Below are positions 58,307-64,000 of a DNA stretch of 64,000 bases, one piece after another; within the stretch, counting starts at the first letter, position 1; each line of letters starts with the position of its first letter. The stretch covers positions 1,591,809 through 1,655,808 of the forward strand of contig NZ_BSUL01000001.1 of assembly GCF_030161575.1 (NCBI RefSeq). Direction: 5' to 3'. The notes beneath the pieces were generated by a model that was given only the letters and a program-made list of their open reading frames with translations, had not been told where the DNA came from and made no database searches. The stretch comes from Arenivirga flava (GTDB lineage: Bacteria; Actinomycetota; Actinomycetes; Actinomycetales; Microbacteriaceae). The position numbers and the translations under genes were made by a program.

Positions 58307-58707
58307 TCCCCCTCCGCTGGTGGGGCGTCGTCGGCGCCGTCGTCCTGCTCGCGCTGCTGCTCCTCAGCGTCCCCGGGCCGCCGGGTCCGCTCCAGGTGCG
58401 CCAGACGGGCGACGTGAGCGACCTGATGCCCGGTGAGCGGCGCGAGCTCGTCGGCGTGATCGACAACCCGGGCGGCGTCCCGCGCACCACCTCCCAGCTG
58501 AGCGCCGCGGTCACCGGGACCAGCCACCCGGCCTGCGGCCCGGAGTTCTTCGTCATCGAGGGCTCGCCGCTCGCCGTCGACCTCACCGTGCCCCCGGGCC
58601 CGGACCAGGCCGCCTGGTCGGGGCTGCTGATCGCGCTGCTGCCCGAGGCGGCGGCCCGCGAGGCGTGCCAGGGTGTCGAGGCCACCATCGACTACGCGCT
58701 GCGCTGA
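58303..58707 (+). CDS. small membrane-anchored/secreted protein, paralog of 56255-56746 (TasA/camelysin-like core)
   Basis: N-terminal TM (WWGVVGAVVLLALLLLSV), then LQVRQTGDVSDLMPGE…, …CGPEFFVIEGS…AAWSGLLIAL…ACQGVEATIDYAL. It aligns with protein 56255 at VxQTxxVxDLxPG / C / VIxG / WSGLxIA / CQGxxxTIxY. Confidence 0.5.
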   Translation: MIPLRWWGVVGAVVLLALLLLSVPGPPGPLQVRQTGDVSDLMPGERRELVGVIDNPGGVPRTTSQLSAAVTGTSHPACGPEFFVIEGSPLAVDLTVPPGPDQAAWSGLLIALLPEAAAREACQGVEATIDYALR

Positions 58708-58811
58708 CGACCCCGCGTCGCCCGACGTCACGCGCCGTCACTCCCCGTCACGAACCCCGCGGAGGACGACGCCGCGCGGGAAGGTGGTCCCACCGATCGG
58801 AGGGAGGCGGC

Positions 58812-59996
58812 ATGGCACGTCGACGGCGCACGCTGCACCTGCTGCTGGGCGTCCCTCCCCTCGGCGGGCATCGCGCCGCGTGGCGCCGCGCCGAGCTGCC
58901 CGCTGGCGCGCAGGCCGACCCCTCGCACTACGCCGAGCTGGCCGGCCTCGCCGAGGCCGCCAAGCTCGACGCCGTCGTGCTGCCGGACGCGGCGGCGCTC
59001 GCCGAGGATCCCGCATCCGCTCCCCCGGCCCGCCTCGACCCCTCCGTGCTGCTCGGCGCCCTCGCGACGGCGACCACCCGCATCGGTCTCGTGGCCGCCA
59101 CGGGCACGAGCACCGCGCATCCCTTCGAGGTGGCCCGGCGCATCGCCTCGCTCGACCTCGTCTCGGGTGGTCGGGCAGCGCTGCTCGCCACGAGCGACTT
59201 CCCCGAGGCCGCGGCGCTCAACGTGGGCGACGACCCCGCCGCGCTGCGCGGGGAACGGCACCGCCGGGCCGCCGAGTTCCTGCATGTCGTGCAGCGGCTC
59301 TGGGACAGCTGGCACCCCTCCGCCGTCGTCGGCGACACCGCGCGGGGCCTCTTCGTCGATCCCGAGCGCATCGCCCCCATCGACCACGACGGCGAGTTCT
59401 TCGCCGTGCGGGGACCGCTACCGGTGCCGCGCGGTCCGCAGGGTCGGCCTCCGGTGCTCGTCGCCGCGTCGAGCGATGCGGAGCGAGCGCTCGCCGCCCG
59501 CCACGGCGAGATCGTGCTGGGCGGGGAGGGGCTGCTCGAGCGCGCGGTCACCGCGTACAACGAGGTGAAGGCCCGCGCGGCGGCCATCGGGCGCAGCCCC
59601 GACCGCATCCGCGTCCTCGGCCGCGTGGCGACCGTCGTCGGTGCGACCGAAGCGGATGCGCGGGCCCGGCTCCGCGAGCTCGACGCGTACCTGCGCGACG
59701 ACGGCGAACCGCTCGGCGCCGCCGGATGGGCCGAGGAGGGCCGCGGCGGCGTGCTGCTGGTCGGGGCCCCCGAGCAGGTGGCCGAGGAGCTGGCGCGTCG
59801 CTTCAGGGCCGGCGCCGCGGACGGCTTCGTGCTCACCCCCGACGTCTTCCCGTCGGGCGCGCGCGACCTGCTCGAGCAGGTCGTGCCGATCCTGCGGCAG
59901 CGGGAGCTCTTCCGACGCGACTACGAGGGCGTCACGCTGCGCGACCACCTCGGCCTGCCGCAGCCGGTGCTGCGCCGCGGCGCGTCCGCGACCTGA
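58812..59996 (+). CDS. LLM class flavin-dependent oxidoreductase (luciferase-like monooxygenase)
   Basis: …HYAELAGLAEAAKLDAVVLPD…RIGLVAATGTSTAHPFEVARRIASLDLVSGGRA… TIM-barrel LLM signatures. ATG at 58812 with a ggagggagg RBS. Confidence 0.8.
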   Translation: MARRRRTLHLLLGVPPLGGHRAAWRRAELPAGAQADPSHYAELAGLAEAAKLDAVVLPDAAALAEDPASAPPARLDPSVLLGALATATTRIGLVAATGTSTAHPFEVARRIASLDLVSGGRAALLATSDFPEAAALNVGDDPAALRGERHRRAAEFLHVVQRLWDSWHPSAVVGDTARGLFVDPERIAPIDHDGEFFAVRGPLPVPRGPQGRPPVLVAASSDAERALAARHGEIVLGGEGLLERAVTAYNEVKARAAAIGRSPDRIRVLGRVATVVGATEADARARLRELDAYLRDDGEPLGAAGWAEEGRGGVLLVGAPEQVAEELARRFRAGAADGFVLTPDVFPSGARDLLEQVVPILRQRELFRRDYEGVTLRDHLGLPQPVLRRGASAT

Positions 59997-60082
59997 GCGG
60001 GTCACGAGCCGCACCGGTGACGAGCCGCGCCGGTCACGAGCTGCGTCGCTTCCAGCCGCTGCCGACCGCTGCCGACCGCTGC

Positions 60083-60164
60083 TCATCAGCAGTCCCGAAT
60101 GACGGAACTCCGGCAGAACCGGTGCCGCCCGGCCCGACACGGCGGGGGACGACACCAGGACTCC
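60083..60164. repeat. REP/MITE-like palindromic element, copy 3 (TCCCGAATGACGGAACTCC…GGACTCCGTCATTCGGG)
   Basis: Direct reading. Convergent intergenic location. Confidence 0.8.
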
Positions 60165-60265
60165 GTCATTCGGGATCGGACGGCGCATCCGCTGTCCCGG
60201 TCCCCGCACGGAAGAAGGGGCCGGGCCCGCAGTCCCGACCCCCTCGCGGTGCGCTCCGCGCCCCC

Positions 60266-60901
60266 TCAGCTGTACAGACGCACCGGTGCGCGGGGGTCGC
60301 GCTCCGGCGTGACCTCCGCGACTCCCTCGGCGAGGGCGGCGCGGATCGCGCGCTTCTCCTCGACGTTGCCGCGCACGAGCGGCAGCGCCCGGGCGATGGA
60401 CTTCTCGATGCGGTCGGCAAGCAGCCGGCTCGAGACCCGGTAGTCCGTGAAGTCGGAGTCGTGGGCGTAGACGCCCAACGGCAGCGTGAGCGCCTGGAAG
60501 AAGGCGAACAGCGGCCGGAACTGGTGCTCGATGATGAGCGCGTGGCGCTCGCTGCCACCCGAGGCGGCGAGCAGCACCGGGGTGTCGACGAGCGCGTACT
60601 GGTCGACGAAGTCGAACAGGTGCTTGAAGAGCCCGGTGAAGCTGGCCCGGTAGACCGGGCTGGCGACGACCAGCAGGTCGGCCGTCTCGATAGCCTGCAG
60701 CTCCTCCTCGACGACGGCGGGGAGTTCGGCGCGGCTGAGCGCCCCGGCGAAGTGCGGCCCGATCTCGGTGAGCTTGATGAGCCGGGCCTCGATCGGATGC
60801 ACCTGCGCGAGACGGTCCAGGATCTCCTGGAGCAGCACGGTGGTCTTGGAAGGGTCGTGCAACGAGCCGGAGACGGCGACGACCTTGATCGGGGTGGACA
60901 T
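60266..60901 (-). CDS. NADPH-dependent FMN reductase (SsuE/MsuE-like)
   Basis: …IKVVAVSGSLHDPSKT… flavodoxin-like NADPH-FMN reductase. Convergent with the LLM oxidoreductase, its likely partner. Confidence 0.8.
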   Translation of the reverse strand: MSTPIKVVAVSGSLHDPSKTTVLLQEILDRLAQVHPIEARLIKLTEIGPHFAGALSRAELPAVVEEELQAIETADLLVVASPVYRASFTGLFKHLFDFVDQYALVDTPVLLAASGGSERHALIIEHQFRPLFAFFQALTLPLGVYAHDSDFTDYRVSSRLLADRIEKSIARALPLVRGNVEEKRAIRAALAEGVAEVTPERDPRAPVRLYS

Positions 60902-61139
60902 GCGCACCAGTGTGCTCCGGCCTACGACGGGCGTCGAACGGGTGCGTCACACTTCGACGCGGGGCGTCGTCGTCCCCTCGACCGCGAGGACGCGGGTGAC
61001 GCGATCGGAGCTCGCCGGAGCCTGCACGGGGGTGGAGGCCGTCGTGGAGCGACCGTCCCATCCGGCGGACGGGGGCCGCGGGGGCCGCGTCGGCCGTGCC
61101 CACAGCCTGCCGGTTCCGGGCGGGTCTAGAGTCCGTTCC

Positions 61140-61625
61140 ATGACCGCGCTCGCCAGCATCCCCCTCACGACCATCGACGGCCGCACGACCAGCCTCGACG
61201 AGTACGAGGGCAAGGTGCTGCTGATCGTCAACGTCGCCTCGCGCTGCGGTCTCGCGCCCCAGTACGAGACGCTCGAGGAGCTGCAGAGGACCTACGGTGA
61301 GCGCGGCTTCACGGTGCTCGGCTTCCCGAGCAACCAGTTCCTGCAGGAGCTCGGCTCGGAGGACGCCATCGCCGAGTACTGCTCGATGACCTGGGGCGTC
61401 ACCTTCCCCATGTTCGAGAAGGTGAAGGTGAACGGTCGCTCGCAGCATCCGCTCTACGCCGAGCTGACGAAGGCGCAGGACGACGCGGGCAAGGCCGGCC
61501 GTGTCAAGTGGAACTTCGAGAAGTTCGTGGTCGCCCCGAGCGGCGAGATCCGCCGCTTCCGGCCGACCACGCTGCCGGACGCGCCCGAGGTGATCGCGTT
61601 CATCGAGGCGAACCTGCCCGCCTGA
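61140..61625 (+). CDS. glutathione peroxidase
   Basis: …GKVLLIVNVASRCGLAPQYETLEEL…LGFPSNQFLQE…WNFEKF… are canonical GPx motifs. Confidence 0.9.
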   Translation: MTALASIPLTTIDGRTTSLDEYEGKVLLIVNVASRCGLAPQYETLEELQRTYGERGFTVLGFPSNQFLQELGSEDAIAEYCSMTWGVTFPMFEKVKVNGRSQHPLYAELTKAQDDAGKAGRVKWNFEKFVVAPSGEIRRFRPTTLPDAPEVIAFIEANLPA

Positions 61626-61663
61626 GCCGGAATGCAGCGGTCCGGCCGCCGGTTCGAACGGGT

Positions 61664-62026
61664 ATGAGCGACTACTTCGACCGCGAGGACGACAAGAAGC
61701 ACGTGCGGGTCTACAAGGAGCAGACCCCGGACATCCTGCAGGCGTTCGGCGCCTTCGACAAGGCGGTGTTCGCCGCCGAGGGTCGCGAGATCCCGCTGAA
61801 GTACCGCGAGCTGATCGCGCTCGCCGTCGCCGAGACCACGCAGTGCGTCTACTGCATCGAGGCGCACGCGAAGCGGGCGGCGGATGCGGGCGCCACCGAG
61901 GGCGAGCTCGCCGAGACCGCCTGGGTCGCCACGGCGATCCGCGCCGGCGGCGGCTACACGCACGGCCGCCTCGGCTTCAAGTTCAGCGGCCTGCGCAACG
62001 AGGACGGCACGCCGCACGAGCACTGA
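61664..62026 (+). CDS. carboxymuconolactone decarboxylase family protein (AhpD-like)
   Basis: AhpD-core CxxC-H motif (ETTQCVYCIEAH). 120 aa. ATG at 61664. Confidence 0.8.
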   Translation: MSDYFDREDDKKHVRVYKEQTPDILQAFGAFDKAVFAAEGREIPLKYRELIALAVAETTQCVYCIEAHAKRAADAGATEGELAETAWVATAIRAGGGYTHGRLGFKFSGLRNEDGTPHEH

Positions 62027-62194
62027 GCCCGTCCAGCACCTGCGACTTCGCGTCGGGGCGCCTCGGCGACGCTGGGGCATGCGCCCGCGCGCCCCGTTGC
62101 CGTCGAAGCGCCCCGAAGCGGAGTGAACCAATCGGCGGGTGAGCGCAACCGGTGGCGAGACGGCCGGCGATCGAGCCCCGACCGGGCGTCACAC

Positions 62195-62221
62195 GATTAA
62201 CTGGACGCCGTGCAGTTAATC
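62195..62221. promoter_or_regulatory. AT-rich perfect palindrome GATTAACTG-N9-CAGTTAATC immediately upstream of lipB
   Basis: 9-bp perfect inverted repeat with a 9-bp spacer. It is strikingly AT-rich for this genome and overlaps the GTG at 62210, the upstream-most lipB start. Confidence 0.45.
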
Positions 62222-62236
62222 GGCGAGGCTCGTGGC

Positions 62237-62923
62237 ATGACGCTGCTCGCCGCTCCTCCGCCGCCCTCCGCAGCGGGCGACCGCATCCGCTCCACCGTCG
62301 TCGGCCTCGTGCCCCACGCCGTGCCCTACGCCCGCGGGCTCGCGCTGCAGGCCGAGTCGACCGCGCGGCTCGAGGCCGGGGACGACCGCGGCGAGCTGCT
62401 GCTGCTCGAGCACGAGCCGGTCTACACGGCCGGCCGGCGCTCGCTGCCGGAAGAGCATCCGACCGACGGCACCCCCGTCGTACCGGTGAGCCGCGGCGGC
62501 AAGGTCACCTGGCACGGGCCGGGCCAGCTGGTGGGCTACCCGATCGTGCGGCTACGGCGACCGCAGGCGGTGGTCGACTTCGTGCGCGTGCTCGAGCGCA
62601 CGCTCATCGACGCCGCCCGCGAGCTCGGCGCCGACGCGGTCGCGGTGCCCGAGCGCAGCGGCGTGTGGGCGGTGGCGCAGGGCGGCGATCTGGTCAAGGT
62701 CGGGCAGATCGGCCTCAGCGCGCGGCGCGGCGTCATCGGGCACGGTTTCGCGCTCAACTGCAGCAACGCGCTCGAGCCGTTCGCCGCCATCGTGCCCTGC
62801 GGCATCACGGATGCGGGCGTCGGCTCCCTGAGCACGGTGCTCGGCCGCCGCGTCGATCCGGTCGACGTGCTGCCCGTGCTGCTGCCGCGGCTGCAGCGGA
62901 TGCTCGAGGAGCAGGCCGCGTGA
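62237..62923 (+). CDS. lipB: lipoyl(octanoyl) transferase LipB
   Basis: …[15 protein letters not shown]…[21 protein letters not shown]…HGFALNC…IVPCGI… ATG 62237 is preferred over GTG 62210 because of the palindrome. GTGA overlap with lipA. Confidence 0.85.
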   Translation: MTLLAAPPPPSAAGDRIRSTVVGLVPHAVPYARGLALQAESTARLEAGDDRGELLLLEHEPVYTAGRRSLPEEHPTDGTPVVPVSRGGKVTWHGPGQLVGYPIVRLRRPQAVVDFVRVLERTLIDAARELGADAVAVPERSGVWAVAQGGDLVKVGQIGLSARRGVIGHGFALNCSNALEPFAAIVPCGITDAGVGSLSTVLGRRVDPVDVLPVLLPRLQRMLEEQAA

Positions 62924-64000
62924 GCCCGGCGCGCATGCTGCCGTCCACGGGCACGCGGCCGGAGGAGCGGACGGTCGGATCGAGCGGCGCGCCCGCGGGG
63001 TCCGGGCGCGAGCAGGCCGGCGGTCCGACGGGACCGCTCGCCGCGGCGGACGGCGCGACCGCCTCGCCCGGCGGGCCGTCGCAGGCGGCCGGCTCCGCGC
63101 ATCCGCTGCCCTTCCCCACCACGGTGCGACCCGCCGCCGAACACCCGACCGCACCCGACGGCCGCCCGCTGCTGCGGGTCGAGCAGCGCAACCGCGAGAC
63201 GCCCATCGAGCGCAAGCCCGAGTGGATCAGGACCGTCGCGAAGCAGGGCCCCGAGTACCGGCAGCTGCAGGGCCTCGTGAAGGACGAGGGCCTGCACACC
63301 GTGTGCCAGGAGGCCGGCTGCCCCAACATCTTCGAGTGCTGGGAGGACCGCGAGGCCACGTTCCTGATCGGCGGCGCCATCTGCACGCGGCGCTGCGACT
63401 TCTGCCAGATCACCTCCGGCAAGCCGCTGCCGCTCGACCTCGACGAGCCGCGCCGCGTCGCCGACTCGGTCGCCACGATGGGCCTGCGCTACGCCACGAT
63501 CACGGGCGTCACCCGCGACGACCTGCCCGACACCGGCGCGTGGCTGTACGCCGAGACCGTGCGGCGCATCCACGAGCGCAACCCGGGCGCCGGCGTCGAG
63601 GTGCTCGCGGACGATCTCGGCGGACGCCCGGAGCACCTGCAGCTGGTCTTCGACGCGGCGCCGGAGGTGTTCGCGCACAACCTCGAGACGGTTCCGCGCA
63701 TCTTCAAGCGCATCCGCCCGGCGTTCCGGTACGACCGGTCGCTCGACGTCATCGCGCAGGGCAAGGCCGCGGGCATGATCACGAAGTCGAACCTCATCCT
63801 GGGCATGGGCGAGACCGACGACGAGGTGCGCAGCGCGATGCGCGATCTGCGCGACGCCGGCACCGACATCCTCACGCTCACCCAGTACCTGCGCCCCTCG
63901 CCGCTGCACCTGCCGGTGGACCGCTGGGTGAAGCCGCAGGTCTTCGTCGAGCTGCGCGAGGAGGCCGAGCGGATGGGCTTCGCCGGCGTGCTCGCGGGCC
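62920..64000 (+). CDS. lipA: lipoyl synthase LipA (3' end beyond window)
   Basis: …[36 protein letters not shown]… two Cys clusters, and …[11 protein letters not shown]…. The frame is open to the window end. Confidence 0.9.
   Translation, partial: MSPARMLPSTGTRPEERTVGSSGAPAGSGREQAGGPTGPLAAADGATASPGGPSQAAGSAHPLPFPTTVRPAAEHPTAPDGRPLLRVEQRNRETPIERKPEWIRTVAKQGPEYRQLQGLVKDEGLHTVCQEAGCPNIFECWEDREATFLIGGAICTRRCDFCQITSGKPLPLDLDEPRRVADSVATMGLRYATITGVTRDDLPDTGAWLYAETVRRIHERNPGAGVEVLADDLGGRPEHLQLVFDAAPEVFAHNLETVPRIFKRIRPAFRYDRSLDVIAQGKAAGMITKSNLILGMGETDDEVRSAMRDLRDAGTDILTLTQYLRPSPLHLPVDRWVKPQVFVELREEAERMGFAGVLAG

Noticed and set aside
61630-61665. tRNA-like GGTTCGAA motif between gpx and the AhpD-like gene
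   Set aside because: Only a partial T-loop-like match (ggttcgaacgg). I found no acceptor or anticodon stem arrangement, and the segment is too short.
1-64000. Mobile genetic element, prophage or genomic island
   Set aside because: There are no integrase, transposase, recombinase, phage structural or conjugation genes. The dispersed repeats lack transposase ORFs, so I treat them as REP/MITE-like rather than IS elements.

Overview
High-GC (about 70%+) actinobacterial chromosomal segment, Microbacteriaceae-like in gene content and codon usage. It is mostly housekeeping and catabolic genes and I see no transposase, integrase, CRISPR array, rRNA or tRNA. Very GC-rich third codon positions generate many long spurious ORFs rich in Arg/Ala/Pro on every strand; I rejected those and called about 55 genes from protein-like composition, motifs and operon context.

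Main blocks:
- An emfourin-like M4-protease inhibitor gene and a protealysin-like M4 metallopeptidase, separated by a hydantoin racemase, an NCS1 permease and an XRE-cupin regulator.
- A fatty-acid desaturase, PutA, a PAP2 phosphatase, a ThuA plus Gfo/Idh/MocA pair, RsmI and a Pmt mannosyltransferase.
- MetY, a tctCBA transporter operon, a flotillin, and a kdgK-eda-manD-MFS-ADH-uxuB-like sugar-acid cluster with a divergent IclR regulator.
- A RelQ-type alarmone synthetase, tandem GNAT acetyltransferase paralogs, two NCS2 purine/pyrimidine permeases, HrpA, an LLM oxidoreductase with an FMN reductase, Gpx, an AhpD-like protein, and LipB with partial LipA.

Standout observations:
- A three-gene locus at 56255-58707 encodes two paralogous small TasA/camelysin-like secreted proteins flanking a large Ig/FN3-like surface protein. 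All carry SipW-cognate-type signal peptides, and there is no SipW peptidase in the window.
- At least six genes are broken by single-base deletions in G/C homopolymer runs. The uniform pattern looks like sequencing or assembly artefact rather than decay.
- The intergenic space is unusually rich in structured repeats:
  - a REP/MITE-like palindromic element with a CCCGAATGACGGAACTCC arm, in three copies plus one variant;
  - a 65-bp element present three times in one 900-bp repeat-dense region and once more 43 kb away;
  - an 18-bp G-rich tandem array that fills a convergent intergenic gap;
  - several perfect long hairpins.
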